Shown here piece after piece: positions 1 to 10,566 of a stretch of DNA of 64,000 bases. The DNA comes from Bacteroidales bacterium. Its GTDB lineage: Bacteria; Bacteroidota; Bacteroidia; Bacteroidales; UBA10428. The position numbers were made by a program, and so were the translations under genes. The number at the start of each line of letters is the position of its first letter. Position 1 is the first letter of the stretch. The notes under the pieces were generated by a model, which worked only from the letters and a program-made list of their open reading frames with translations, was not told the DNA's origin and did no database searches. The stretch lies in NCBI GenBank assembly GCA_050287785.1, contig JBNKCO010000060.1, positions 108,482 through 172,481 on the forward strand. Direction: 5' to 3'.

Positions 1-1084
1 TTCCACCCATAAATAAAGTAGGTGCAAAGATTCCTCCAACTCCACCTGATCCTGTTGTTAGGGCTGTAGCGACAACTTTAAAGATTAGAACGAGGAATAG
101 AAATAATCCCATCAGCCAGAAGTTGTTGGAGACATTGGAAAAAATGTTTCCAAAGGTTATTTCATTAGCCCTACCGCTTAAAAGTGCATCTAAGGTGTTA
201 TAGCCTTCGCCATAAAGTGGTGGAAGAATAAAGATTACTCCACCTAGAAGTGACCCACCAACAATCCATTTTACATAAGGGTTCTTAAAATGTTTAAACA
301 GCCCTTCAATCCACATTGTTCCTCTTGTAAAATAGAAGGAAATTAATCCGGTAATTATGCCTAGCAGAATATAATAAGGGATATTTCTTAGTATGAATTC
401 ACCACTACCGGTAAAGCTAAATACCACATCTTTATTCCCAAAAATATACGAGATAGTTAATCCTGTTACAGCAGATATAAGTAAAGGCACGAGTGACCAC
501 ATTGTTAAGTCAAGCATTAATACTTCTAATGCAAAAATAACTGCAGCAATAGGAGCGTTAAAAATGCTTGCAAGCGCTCCGGCAGCACCGCAACCTATTA
601 ATATTGTTTTAGTTTTATAGTTTAGTTTAAAAAGTTGTCCTAACGACGAGCCTAATGAAGAACCTGTTAATACTATTGGAGCCTCAAGTCCAACAGACCC
701 ACCAAATCCTACAGTTAGTGTGCTGGCAATTAATGAAGTGTAATTATTATGTGTTTTAAGTTTTCCTCCCTTTTTTGATATTGCAAATAATATTCGACTA
801 ATTCCATGTCCAATATTGTCTTTAACAAAATATTTTACGTATAAAAAAGTTAGCAAAATCCCGATAAAAGGGAATAGAAGATATATAAAGTGAATATCGT
901 GAAATACTTTACTGTGAGTTAGAAAATGATGAATATAACGGACAACAGTTTTAAGTAAAACTGCTGCTGAGCCGCTAATTAAACCAACAAAAAATGCCAG
1001 AATGTAAACAAACTGTCTGTGAGTAAGATTTTTTTCTTTCCAAATGATAAACTTTTCCAGAAATTTGAGTCCAATGGCTTTCAT
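1..1084 (-). CDS. ClC-family chloride channel, N-terminal ~361 codons (3' end runs off the left edge)
   Basis: Absent from the ORF track because it is open to the window edge. My reverse-strand translation from the ATG at 1084-1082 gives MKAIGLKFLEKFIIWKEKNLTHRQF...TVGFGGSVGLEAP...GCGAAGALASIFNAPIAAVIFALEVLMLDLT. This is colinear with, and paralogous to, the ORF at 1158..2921. Confidence 0.85.
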   Translation of the reverse strand, partial: MKAIGLKFLEKFIIWKEKNLTHRQFVYILAFFVGLISGSAAVLLKTVVRYIHHFLTHSKVFHDIHFIYLLFPFIGILLTFLYVKYFVKDNIGHGISRILFAISKKGGKLKTHNNYTSLIASTLTVGFGGSVGLEAPIVLTGSSLGSSLGQLFKLNYKTKTILIGCGAAGALASIFNAPIAAVIFALEVLMLDLTMWSLVPLLISAVTGLTISYIFGNKDVVFSFTGSGEFILRNIPYYILLGIITGLISFYFTRGTMWIEGLFKHFKNPYVKWIVGGSLLGGVIFILPPLYGEGYNTLDALLSGRANEITFGNIFSNVSNNFWLMGLFLFLVLIFKVVATALTTGSGGVGGIFAPTLFMGG

Positions 1085-1157
1085 AAATTATTATATCACT
1101 GTTGTATTATTGTTAGTAGAAATATGTGTTGCCTTTTTTTGCAAAAATCAAACTTGT

Positions 1158-2921
1158 TTAGTGTTCAGAGAAATGTTTAAGTAAATCCCTGTAGGCGGAG
1201 AATAATTTTGCTCTTGAAATAAATCCAAGATATTTACCATGTTCCATTACCACAATATTATATGCTCCACTTTCCTGGAATTTCATAGCAACTTCTTCAA
1301 CAGAATCAGAAGTGAAAATTACATCTTTAGGTGTAAACATTATATCTCTGATTAATACTTCATACAGATCGTTATTAAACATCACATGCCTGATATCGTC
1401 TAGCTTTATCATACCACGAAAGGTTCCATCTTCTTCAACAACCGGAAAAATATTTCGATGTGCAAATTTAATTACATCAATTAAATCCGCAAAAATCTGA
1501 GTAGGCCTAATAATATTGAAATCAGTTTCAATTAATTCTCCAATGTTCATTAAAGTTAGTACAGCCTTGTCTTTATGGTGGGTAATCAGTTCACCGCGCT
1601 TTGCGAGCTGTATGGTATAAACAGAGTTCGTTACAAAAATCTTTGTTGTAGCATAAGCAATTGTCGAGACTATCATTAAAGGAACAAACAATTCATATCC
1701 TTTAGTAATTTCAGCAATTAAGAAAATTGATGTTAAAGGGGCATGAATAACAGCAGCAATCATTCCAGCCATTCCAGCTAAAGCAAAATTACTTGCTGAT
1801 AACTCAATGCCGAATTCTTTTGCTACAGTTGTAAATAATAAACCAGCAATTGCTCCAGAGAATAGCGAAGGAGCAAAGATTCCCCCAACACCTCCAGCAC
1901 CAAAGGTTAACGATGTAGCAACTACTTTAAATAAAAGTACAATTAAAAACAATCCTAAAGTGACTAATATATTGCCCTCGAGGTTAGAGTAAATTGTACC
2001 TTCAAACAGGAAAGAATATTGGCCACGTAAACTGGAGTTTATTTCTTCGTATCCTTCACCATATAGAGATGGAATAAAGAAAATAATTAGTCCAAGTAGG
2101 ATTCCTCCTACAATGAGTCGGATAAATATATCTTTTATTTTCTCAAATTTTTCTGTAATAAACAAGTATACTTTAGTGAAATAAAAAGCTACAAGCCCCA
2201 TGAATATTCCAAAAATGACAAAGTATACTACTTGATTTAGTTCAAAATCGGCATGCTGACTAAATACATATAAATGGTTTGGACCAAGAAATAAGAATGA
2301 AACTAAAACAGCAGTAACAGAACTTAATAAAAGGGGCACTATTGCTGCCATTGTTAGGTCAAGCATAATAACTTCTAAAGCAAAAACAACCGCAGCAATT
2401 GGAGCTTTAAAAATTGCTGCCATTGCACCAGCACATGCACACCCTAATAATAGAGTTACTTGTTTATAATTCAGATTTAGTGTTCGTCCAATATTTGAAC
2501 CAATGGCAGCACCTGTAGCAACAGTTGGCCCCTCCAGTCCGACAGAACCACCAAAACCAACAGTAAGTGCACTTGTTAGTATAGAAGAATATAAATTGTG
2601 AGGTTTAATCTTTCCCCAATTTTTTGAAATAGCGAATAATACTCCAGGAATACCATGTCTGACAGGATGCTTATTTACATATCGAATAAAAACTATTACG
2701 ATTAAAATACCAATTGTTGGGGAAATAATGTAAAAATATCTGCCTGAATCAACAATGCTTTTAATGTTGGACTCTATTAAATGAACTAAATTTTTTATAG
2801 TTACTGCTGCCAGACCAACAGCTAAACCAATCACTATAGAAAGTATAAGAATAAGTTGTCTGTCTGTAATATATTTGCTTCTCCAGGCTAATATTCTGTT
2901 TGCGAGTGATGGTTTTTTCAT
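1158..2921 (-). CDS. ClC-family chloride channel with C-terminal CBS-domain pair
   Basis: 587-aa ORF. It is multi-TM with ClC motifs GGSVGLEGP and GAMAAIFKAPIAAVVFALEV. The soluble C-terminal ~140 aa are typical of a CBS pair. Confidence 0.92.
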   Translation of the reverse strand: MKKPSLANRILAWRSKYITDRQLILILSIVIGLAVGLAAVTIKNLVHLIESNIKSIVDSGRYFYIISPTIGILIVIVFIRYVNKHPVRHGIPGVLFAISKNWGKIKPHNLYSSILTSALTVGFGGSVGLEGPTVATGAAIGSNIGRTLNLNYKQVTLLLGCACAGAMAAIFKAPIAAVVFALEVIMLDLTMAAIVPLLLSSVTAVLVSFLFLGPNHLYVFSQHADFELNQVVYFVIFGIFMGLVAFYFTKVYLFITEKFEKIKDIFIRLIVGGILLGLIIFFIPSLYGEGYEEINSSLRGQYSFLFEGTIYSNLEGNILVTLGLFLIVLLFKVVATSLTFGAGGVGGIFAPSLFSGAIAGLLFTTVAKEFGIELSASNFALAGMAGMIAAVIHAPLTSIFLIAEITKGYELFVPLMIVSTIAYATTKIFVTNSVYTIQLAKRGELITHHKDKAVLTLMNIGELIETDFNIIRPTQIFADLIDVIKFAHRNIFPVVEEDGTFRGMIKLDDIRHVMFNNDLYEVLIRDIMFTPKDVIFTSDSVEEVAMKFQESGAYNIVVMEHGKYLGFISRAKLFSAYRDLLKHFSEH

Positions 2922-3084
2922 AGAATGCCAAATATACCATATAAGGTAATGAATAAAAATAAAAAAATGCGATTTTTGTAATCATGAAACGCTCATGATT
3001 TATGAAAAACTATTGTAATCTCAAGGAGTTGTTAGGAAATTACAGTAAGTTTCATTATATCAATTAAATACAAGTCATACTTGC

Positions 3085-4035
3085 ATGAAAAGCTTTGAAG
3101 AAAATAGAATTTGTCAGTTGTTTAATATTGAATATCCAATAATTCAAGGTGGCATGGTTTGGTGTAGTGGATACAAATTGGCTGCAGCGGTAAGTAATGC
3201 CGGAGGACTTGGATTAATAGGTGCTGGATCTATGACTCCTGAAATACTCGATGAACATATTGTAAAATGTAAACAAGCAACCAATAAGCCATTCGGTGTT
3301 AATTTGCCACTGATTCACAGAAATGCAGCAGGACTTATTGAAGTTATTCTAAAGCATAAAGTAAAAATCCTTTTTACATCTGCAGGTAATCCGGCAAAAT
3401 GGACACAAGTATTGAAAGCTCAGGGTTGTACCGTAGTTCATGTAATAGCGAATACTAAGTTTGCAAAGAAAGCTGTAGAAGCCGGAGTAGATGCTATTGT
3501 TGCCGAAGGTTTCGAAGCAGGAGGCCATAATGGTAGAGAGGAGACAACCACACTGGCTTTACTTCCCATGATTCGTAGGGTATCAGAGGTTCCAATTATA
3601 GCTGCCGGTGGAATTTATGACGGCAGTTCAATGTTAGCTACCTTTGCTCTTGGAGCCGAAGGTGTGCAAATTGGAAGCCGATTTGCAGTATGTGAAGAAT
3701 CATCGGCACACGAAAACTTTAAAAACTACGTTTTAGAATCGGAAGAAGGCTCAACAAGGCTATTAATGAAAAGGCTTATTCCTGTTCGGCTAATGCTTAA
3801 TGAGTTCGCAAATAAAGTTGTTGATGCTGAAGCAAGTGGGGCAACAATTAACGAATTGGCAGAGCTTTTGGGCAGTGGAAGATGTAAACGAGGAGTATTT
3901 GAAGGAGATTTGTTAGAGGGTGAGCTTGAGATAGGTCAGGTGGCAGCCTTATTAATTAAGAAAGAATCAGCTGAAGAAATTGTCCAAAATATTATACATG
4001 GGTATCAAAAAGAGCTTATTAGGCTTACAAGTTAA
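3085..4035 (+). CDS. Nitronate monooxygenase / FabK-like FMN enoyl-ACP reductase family protein
   Basis: 316 aa. The N-terminal YPIIQGGMVWCSGYKLAAAVSNAGGLGLIGAGS and AEGFEAGGHNG motifs are typical of the NMO/2-nitropropane dioxygenase (FabK) TIM-barrel family. Confidence 0.85.
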   Translation: MKSFEENRICQLFNIEYPIIQGGMVWCSGYKLAAAVSNAGGLGLIGAGSMTPEILDEHIVKCKQATNKPFGVNLPLIHRNAAGLIEVILKHKVKILFTSAGNPAKWTQVLKAQGCTVVHVIANTKFAKKAVEAGVDAIVAEGFEAGGHNGREETTTLALLPMIRRVSEVPIIAAGGIYDGSSMLATFALGAEGVQIGSRFAVCEESSAHENFKNYVLESEEGSTRLLMKRLIPVRLMLNEFANKVVDAEASGATINELAELLGSGRCKRGVFEGDLLEGELEIGQVAALLIKKESAEEIVQNIIHGYQKELIRLTS

Positions 4036-5560
4036 AAACGCACACTTATTCTGCATTTTAGTATTATTGTTTTTACTAAATCTCACCTTGAAAAGTCAGG
4101 TAACAATAGATATACCTAAAATCAGGACTTTGCAATTAGATTCAACCATGGTCAAAATTGTATGGGAAAAATCAAAGCACCCTGGTGTTTTAGGCTACGA
4201 AATTAATGCTATAGGTTTTACTGGAAATAATCCAGAGCCCACTTTGGTTAGAGTTGATAGTGTTGGATCAGCACAAAGCTCATATGTGTCTGATGCAAAT
4301 ACTCTACCAGAATATGTCACTTCTCCATATAAAGAACCTTTAGCATTCGCAGTTTTGGCTGAGGATAATAAGGGCAATGAAAGCAAACTTGATGGACTAC
4401 CATGGGATAGCACTATTTTTCTTCAGGCTAGCTTTGATACTTGTCTGGCTAAGGTAAACCTGAATTGGACCCCTTACGATTTTAACATGTGGACTTACGG
4501 TACAAAGCATTATGTTATAATGATTCAGGAAAATAACGGACCTTTTACTGTTTATGATAGAGTGAATCAATCAATAACAAATTACCAGATAAATGATTTG
4601 TTGGCAAATAATATTTATAATTTTTATATTGGAGCAGTGGCTGACACAACCCGACCCGATACTTCAACTTCAAATATAGTTGAGATAAATACAGGAATGG
4701 CCAGGTTACCAGAATATATTCATGCTGATTACGCAACATATTCAGGCGGAAATGCCAAAGTTTCATTTTCAATTGATCCCATGAGCGAAATCAACACTTT
4801 TGAATTGTTACGGAGCACTTCCTTTACAGGTCAATATTCTGAAATAATGCAGCTTCAATCTCAAGGCAATAAAGTTGTACATTCAGATGCAATTAATTAT
4901 AATGATGGTCCCTATTTTTATAAGCTTGATGCAATTAATTTTTGCGATGAAAATATAAGAACCTCAGAAAATACTGCATCAACCATACTGCTTGAAGTAG
5001 GAGGGGAACCAATGGCTCCAGAGCTTAATTGGAGTGAGTATCAAAATTGGATTAATGGAGTTTCTTATTACCAGATTGACAGGAGGGTTGGAGATGAGGA
5101 ATATTCTATGCTTACTACATTAAATGAGACACTATTTACTGATAATACAATTGAGCAAAGAGTTGAGACAGGAATGGCTGCAAGAGTTTGTTATAAGGTA
5201 AGTGCTTTTGAGAATAATAATCCATATGGAACCAATGCCGTTAGTGATGCAAATGAAGTATGTATTGAGCTTCCTGTTAATATGAGATTTGAATACGACG
5301 CCTTTATGCCAGGGCATCCTGCAGGTAATAATACATTTGGACCAGCAATGGATTTTCTTCCAGATGAAATTGATTTTAGCATTGTGGACAGGAGCGGACA
5401 AGTGGTTTTTAATTCTACCGATCCTGATAATTTATTTTGGGACGGAACTTATAATGGAAACTATGTAACACAGGGTGCATACATGTATGTTGTTAAATAT
5501 CGGGTTGGACACGGCAAAAGAAAAACCTTGCGAGGTGGATTAGTAGTTGCTTACCCATAA
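3998..5560 (+). CDS. Secreted repeat protein with T9SS type B (gliding-motility CHU_C) C-terminal sorting domain
   Basis: The C-terminus FMPGHPAGNNTFGP...IVDRSGQVVFNS...WDGTYNG..VTQGAYMYVVKY...RGGLVVAYP matches the type B T9SS CTD pattern. The track start at 3980 is TTG. The ATG at 3998 gives the signal-like peptide MGIKKSLLGLQVKNAHLFCILVLLFLLN. The exact start is uncertain because it overlaps the upstream gene. Confidence 0.75.
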   Translation: MGIKKSLLGLQVKNAHLFCILVLLFLLNLTLKSQVTIDIPKIRTLQLDSTMVKIVWEKSKHPGVLGYEINAIGFTGNNPEPTLVRVDSVGSAQSSYVSDANTLPEYVTSPYKEPLAFAVLAEDNKGNESKLDGLPWDSTIFLQASFDTCLAKVNLNWTPYDFNMWTYGTKHYVIMIQENNGPFTVYDRVNQSITNYQINDLLANNIYNFYIGAVADTTRPDTSTSNIVEINTGMARLPEYIHADYATYSGGNAKVSFSIDPMSEINTFELLRSTSFTGQYSEIMQLQSQGNKVVHSDAINYNDGPYFYKLDAINFCDENIRTSENTASTILLEVGGEPMAPELNWSEYQNWINGVSYYQIDRRVGDEEYSMLTTLNETLFTDNTIEQRVETGMAARVCYKVSAFENNNPYGTNAVSDANEVCIELPVNMRFEYDAFMPGHPAGNNTFGPAMDFLPDEIDFSIVDRSGQVVFNSTDPDNLFWDGTYNGNYVTQGAYMYVVKYRVGHGKRKTLRGGLVVAYP

Positions 5561-5675
5561 ATAAAATCGCTAAATTTTATTTAAACTTAACTCAGTTGAA
5601 ATATTACATACATCTTTGAGCAAAGTTTTTCTATTTTTGTATTCTTCGTGCAAAGGTGCGGTATAAATTCGCTGT

Positions 5676-7913
5676 ATGGTTGATATTCAGGAAAAAGAAG
5701 AAAAGCAAATAAAGAATGACTTTAAAAGAATGCTTCAAGATTGCACGCGGTGTTCTCCTGAAGGGAAGAAGCTTATAGAAAAAGCTTTTAAAGTTGCTTT
5801 CGAGGCGCATAAAGGAATGCGGAGAAAGTCAGGGGAACCATATATAATTCACCCACTGGCAGTTGCTCGAATTGTCAATCAGGAAATTGGTTTGGGAGCA
5901 AAGGCTGTTTCTTGTGCTCTTTTGCATGATGTTGTAGAAGATACTCATTATTCTCTTGATGATATTGAACGAATGTTCGGCGAAAAAATATCATCCATTA
6001 TCGATGGTTTAACGAAAATATCAGGGGTTTTTGATAACGAAAGTTCGCTTCAGGCTGAGAATTTTCGTAAGATGCTTTTAACATTGTCTGATGATGTGCG
6101 GGTTATTCTTATTAAAATTGCTGATAGGTTGCATAATATGCGCACGCTAAGTAGTCTGCCTGCGCATAAGCAAATAAAAATTGCAAGTGAAACAATTTAT
6201 CTGTATGCTCCTCTTGCACACCGTCTGGGTTTATATTCAATAAAGACCGAACTTGAAGATTTAAGTTTAAAACACAGATTTCCAAAAATTTATGATGAGC
6301 TTTTCGAAAAACTTCAGAAGAATGAGGCGGAAAGATTGGCATTTCTTGAAGAATTTAAGCAACCTATTGAATCCAGACTTTCGTCATACGGATTAAATTA
6401 TGAAATTTCCGGGCGGCATAAATCAGTATATTCCATATGGCAGAAAATGCAAAATAAGAATGTGCCATTTGAAGAGGTATTCGATTTAATGGCTATTCGA
6501 GTTGTTTTTGATCCCGATGATAAGTTGCCAGAGAAAACTCAATGCTGGAATATTTATTCTCTAATTACCGATATCTATATGCCAAAACCCGAACGTATAC
6601 GCGATTGGGTAAGTACTCCAAAGGCAAATGGTTACGAGGCGCTCCATGCAACAGTTATGGGTCCTAAGGGAAACTGGGTTGAAGTACAGATACGCTCAAG
6701 GCGAATGGATGACATAGCGGAACGTGGATTTGCTGCTCATTGGAAATATAAACAAGAGACTGATCAAGAGTCGGAAATTGATAAATGGATTAAACAAATT
6801 AGAACTCTTCTTGAAGATCCAAATTCTGATGCCTTAGAATTTCTCGATGACTTTAAACTTAACCTGTTTGCTTCAGAAATATTTATTTTCACCCCTAAGG
6901 GAGAAATTAAAACCTTACCTGTTGGAGTAAATGCCCTGGATTTTGCATATGACATTCACACACAAATCGGACATAAGGCAATAGGAGCTAAAGTAAATCA
7001 TAAGCTTGTTGCCCTTCATCACTTATTAAGAAGTGGCGATCAAGTGGAAATAATTACTTCTGATATGCCACAATCAAGAATAGAGTGGATATCTAAAGTA
7101 AATACTGCAAAAGCTAAATCTTCAATTAAAGCATTTTTAAAGGCTGAGACAAAAAACCGAATTTCAAAAGGAAAGAAAATTCTGGAAGAAAAACTTGAAG
7201 AACTTAAACTGAAACCAAACCACCGAATATTCCGAAAGCTACTTCCTAATTACAATGTAACTTCAAAAGACGAACTGTATTCTAAAATATCAGTAGGCCT
7301 GATTAACCTTAAAGACCTTAAAAAGGTTCTGAAAAAGAATACTAAAAATAAATGGATAAGGTATTGGGGATTACAGTTTGGGGCAAAATCTGAAGGAGAG
7401 AAAGAAGAAACTCTCGTTCCTGAGTCACAACTATCCAGATCAAAAAAAGAGCCTGTTTATTTGCGTGAAACATCCGCAGTGGGAGATTTAAATTATGCAA
7501 TTGCTAAATGTTGTAACCCTATTCCAGGAGATACGGTTGTGGGTTTTGCCGATGAACATAACAAAATTGTAATTCATAAAAGTAGTTGTCCTAATGCAGT
7601 TAAAACATCAGCAAGCTTCGGGAATCGAATAGCAAATGTTAAATGGACAACACATAAACTTTACTCATTTCTTGTCAAAATTTCACTTGCAGGAGCAGAC
7701 CGATTTGGTATCTATAACGATATTACTCATGTAATTACAAAGCAGTTAAATGTTAACATGCGTAATGTAAATCTGCATAGTCACGACGGTATCTGGGAAG
7801 GTACAATAGAATTGTATGTTCATGATATTAAAGATTTAAATAACCTGATGATGAATTTAGGTAAAATCAAGGGACTTGATACTGTTAAACGTGTCGAGAA
7901 GCTTAAAGAATAG
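5676..7913 (+). CDS. spoT: Bifunctional (p)ppGpp synthetase/hydrolase (RelA/SpoT homologue)
   Basis: 745 aa. It has an HD hydrolase motif (HPLAVA..LLHDVVEDT), a synthetase core (RDWVSTPKANGYEALH), and TGS and ACT-like C-terminal regions. Confidence 0.95.
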   Translation: MVDIQEKEEKQIKNDFKRMLQDCTRCSPEGKKLIEKAFKVAFEAHKGMRRKSGEPYIIHPLAVARIVNQEIGLGAKAVSCALLHDVVEDTHYSLDDIERMFGEKISSIIDGLTKISGVFDNESSLQAENFRKMLLTLSDDVRVILIKIADRLHNMRTLSSLPAHKQIKIASETIYLYAPLAHRLGLYSIKTELEDLSLKHRFPKIYDELFEKLQKNEAERLAFLEEFKQPIESRLSSYGLNYEISGRHKSVYSIWQKMQNKNVPFEEVFDLMAIRVVFDPDDKLPEKTQCWNIYSLITDIYMPKPERIRDWVSTPKANGYEALHATVMGPKGNWVEVQIRSRRMDDIAERGFAAHWKYKQETDQESEIDKWIKQIRTLLEDPNSDALEFLDDFKLNLFASEIFIFTPKGEIKTLPVGVNALDFAYDIHTQIGHKAIGAKVNHKLVALHHLLRSGDQVEIITSDMPQSRIEWISKVNTAKAKSSIKAFLKAETKNRISKGKKILEEKLEELKLKPNHRIFRKLLPNYNVTSKDELYSKISVGLINLKDLKKVLKKNTKNKWIRYWGLQFGAKSEGEKEETLVPESQLSRSKKEPVYLRETSAVGDLNYAIAKCCNPIPGDTVVGFADEHNKIVIHKSSCPNAVKTSASFGNRIANVKWTTHKLYSFLVKISLAGADRFGIYNDITHVITKQLNVNMRNVNLHSHDGIWEGTIELYVHDIKDLNNLMMNLGKIKGLDTVKRVEKLKE

Positions 7914-8082
7914 AGTTTATTTAGAATATCTTATTATTTGCTTTGAAGTCTTACTATTTCTTAACTAGTACATACAGGCTCGGTAGCTTTGTTATTTACA
8001 ATGAATGAAATTATTGAATTTTCCTGCAAGCACTAACTAAAATTATATTATCTTAGCACCTTATTTTTAATTAGTCTTAATT

Positions 8083-8532
8083 ATGATATCAACGGAGACT
8101 AAAGAAACCGTAAAAAAGATTTTTACCGACTATCTTGAAAAAAAGGGACATCGCAAAACACCAGAGCGATACGCAATTTTAGATGAAATATACTCTCGAG
8201 AGGGGCATTTTGATATTGAGACCCTTTACATTTTCATGAAAAACAAAAATTATAGGGTTAGTAGAGCAACTTTATATAACACAATTGAGTTGTTGCTCGA
8301 TTGCAACTTGGTTGTAAAGCATCAATTTGGGAAAAATATTGCTCAATTCGAAAAAGCTTACCAATGTATTCAACACGATCACCTGATCGATGTCAACTCT
8401 GGAGAAGTTATAGAATTTTGTGATCCAAGAATGCAGGAAATCATTAGAACTGCCTGCGAATTAAATGGTTTCGATTTGTCTCACCATTCACTTTATATTT
8501 ACGGAAAGAAGAAAAAAGCCAACCAGGCTTAG
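8083..8532 (+). CDS. fur: Fur-family metalloregulator
   Basis: 149 aa. It has a winged-helix N-terminus ([21 protein letters not shown]) and a metal-site-like QHDHLID...C..P segment. Confidence 0.8.
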   Translation: MISTETKETVKKIFTDYLEKKGHRKTPERYAILDEIYSREGHFDIETLYIFMKNKNYRVSRATLYNTIELLLDCNLVVKHQFGKNIAQFEKAYQCIQHDHLIDVNSGEVIEFCDPRMQEIIRTACELNGFDLSHHSLYIYGKKKKANQA

Positions 8533-8682
8533 TGAAAATTTTATTTTTCCACAGCTCATTAACAAACCGAATTATTTGCTGAAAAATGTTGTACCTTGCT
8601 ATGGTTTTTTTGAAAAAAAGAACTAAGCCTTTTAATAGGTATTGTCAATCAATTAATTAATCAAAACTTGAAGATTTAACGG

Positions 8683-9948
8683 ATGAAAGTTGATGTATTA
8701 CTAGGCCTTCAATGGGGAGACGAAGGTAAAGGAAAAATTGTGGATGTTCTTACTCCTAAATATGATGTTATTGCAAGATTTCAGGGAGGGCCAAATGCAG
8801 GTCATACACTAGAATTTAATAATATAAAGCATGTTTTGCATACTATTCCCTCAGGTATTTTCCGCGATGATCAAATTAATATTATTGGTAATGGTGTTGT
8901 TATTGATCCAATAGTCTTTAAGAAGGAAATTGAAAATTTGAGCAAGATTGAAATCAACATCTCTAAACAACTTGTAATTTCAAAAAAGGCACATTTAATT
9001 CTTCCATCACATCGTATTCTCGATGCTGCCTCAGAAGCAGCAAAAGGAAAAACTAAAATTGGCTCTACATTGAAAGGTATTGGTCCTACATATATGGATA
9101 AAACAGGTCGAAATGGACTACGAATAGGAGATATACTTTCGTCAGATTTCGAGGAAAAATATAATGTTCTTCTAAATAAACACAAAGAATTGTTAAAGCT
9201 GTATGAATTTGAATATAATTTAAGCGAGTTTGAAGAGGGGTGGTTTGAAGGAATTGAAGAACTTAAAAAGTTCAAACTTATCGATAGCGAACATTATATT
9301 AATAATCTGATTAAAGAAAACAAGACTGTTTTAGCTGAAGGCGCTCAAGGTACACTGCTAGATATTGATTTTGGATCGTATCCATTTGTTACATCGTCGA
9401 ATACAATATGTGCAGGAGCATGTACTGGACTTGGAGTTGCACCAAACAGAATAGGAGAGGTGTTTGGAATTTTTAAAGCCTACTGCACCAGAGTTGGTAG
9501 TGGTCCTTTTCCAACCGAACTTGAAGATGAGACAGGAGAATTGCTTCGTAAACAAGGTAATGAATTTGGTTCAACAACAGGACGTCCCCGTCGTTGTGGG
9601 TGGTTGGATTTGCCTGCGCTAAATTATTCAATTCAACTAAATGGAGTAACACAGCTTATTATGATGAAAGCAGATGTGCTCTCTGGATTTGACAAAATAA
9701 AAGTTGCAGTTGGTTATAAAACACCAGAAGGAACAATTGATTATTTCCCTTACGATGTTGAAACAGTAACAGGAATTGAATATGAAGAACTTGAAGGTTG
9801 GACAGAAGCCGATCTTGAAGGTGTGAAAACAAAAGAGACACTACCTGCATCATTGAAAAAATATATAGAGTATATTGAAGAAAAAACAGGTGTACCTATC
9901 ACAATAACTTCATTAGGTCCGGATAGAGATCAGACCATACTAATGTAA
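8683..9948 (+). CDS. purA: Adenylosuccinate synthase
   Basis: 421 aa with the diagnostic N-terminus LGLQWGDEGKGKIVD and the GIGPTY and TTGRPRRCGWLD motifs. Confidence 0.97.
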   Translation: MKVDVLLGLQWGDEGKGKIVDVLTPKYDVIARFQGGPNAGHTLEFNNIKHVLHTIPSGIFRDDQINIIGNGVVIDPIVFKKEIENLSKIEINISKQLVISKKAHLILPSHRILDAASEAAKGKTKIGSTLKGIGPTYMDKTGRNGLRIGDILSSDFEEKYNVLLNKHKELLKLYEFEYNLSEFEEGWFEGIEELKKFKLIDSEHYINNLIKENKTVLAEGAQGTLLDIDFGSYPFVTSSNTICAGACTGLGVAPNRIGEVFGIFKAYCTRVGSGPFPTELEDETGELLRKQGNEFGSTTGRPRRCGWLDLPALNYSIQLNGVTQLIMMKADVLSGFDKIKVAVGYKTPEGTIDYFPYDVETVTGIEYEELEGWTEADLEGVKTKETLPASLKKYIEYIEEKTGVPITITSLGPDRDQTILM

Positions 9949-9980
9949 GTTTGGTTCTTCTTGTCATTGCGAATGAAATG

Positions 9981-10019
9981 AAGCAATCTGTTCGATATGA
10001 GCAGGTTGCTTTTTCTTTG
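9981..10019 (+). terminator. Rho-independent terminator after purA
   Basis: The stem AAGCAATCTG (9981-9990) pairs with CAGGTTGCTT (10002-10011) with one mismatch, followed by TTTTCTTT. Confidence 0.6.
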
Positions 10020-10055
10020 TATAACATGCTACACCTGAAGAGAGTAGAAAAAATC

Positions 10056-10556
10056 TTACTGAACTTTTTTCTTTAAAGACATTATCCCTTCCTTCATCGA
10101 TCTAAAGGCAAATTCCTCAGGATTTAATTCATCAAGCGTCTTCCAAACAAATCCAGCAATTTCTGATTCTTCAATTCTGAAATTTATAGTATTAATTCTT
10201 GCGGTGTAAAATATATCACATGTATTATATTCTATGCCTTTGAATTGATATATATTTGGTGCCGTACATAAATACTCAAGTGCTGTAATATTAATGTCTA
10301 GCTCTTCCTTAATCTCTCTTCTAAGCGCATCTTCCGCAGATTCCATAGGATCCACAAAACCACCTGGAAAATCAAGCATACCTTTACTTGGTTCTCGGTT
10401 TCTGATAACAGCCAGATATTTTCCTTTATATTCCAATATGCCAGCTACAGCTGCTGCTGTATTCTGGTAGAATTCCCAGTGACATTTTGGGCAAAAATAT
10501 TTTTTAACGCTATCAAACTGCAGTTCATCTGATTTGCATTTAGGACAACAATCCAT
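10056..10556 (-). CDS. NUDIX hydrolase with N-terminal zinc-ribbon
   Basis: 166 aa with a CPKC...CPKC ribbon and the Nudix box GGFVDPMESAEDALRREIKEELD. Confidence 0.9.
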   Translation of the reverse strand: MDCCPKCKSDELQFDSVKKYFCPKCHWEFYQNTAAAVAGILEYKGKYLAVIRNREPSKGMLDFPGGFVDPMESAEDALRREIKEELDINITALEYLCTAPNIYQFKGIEYNTCDIFYTARINTINFRIEESEIAGFVWKTLDELNPEEFAFRSMKEGIMSLKKKVQ

Positions 10557-10566
10557 TTATAATCAA

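Noticed and set aside
393-620. 75-aa plus-strand ORF. The same applies to many other 60-140-aa ORFs in the track that lie antisense to long genes, for example 1312..1500, 4195..4413, 8871..9275, 12024..12290, 19897..20139, 37596..37934 and 57119..57547.
   Set aside because: They lie entirely inside, and antisense to, well-supported long CDSs. They have low-complexity or biased composition and no recognisable motifs, so they are shadow ORFs.
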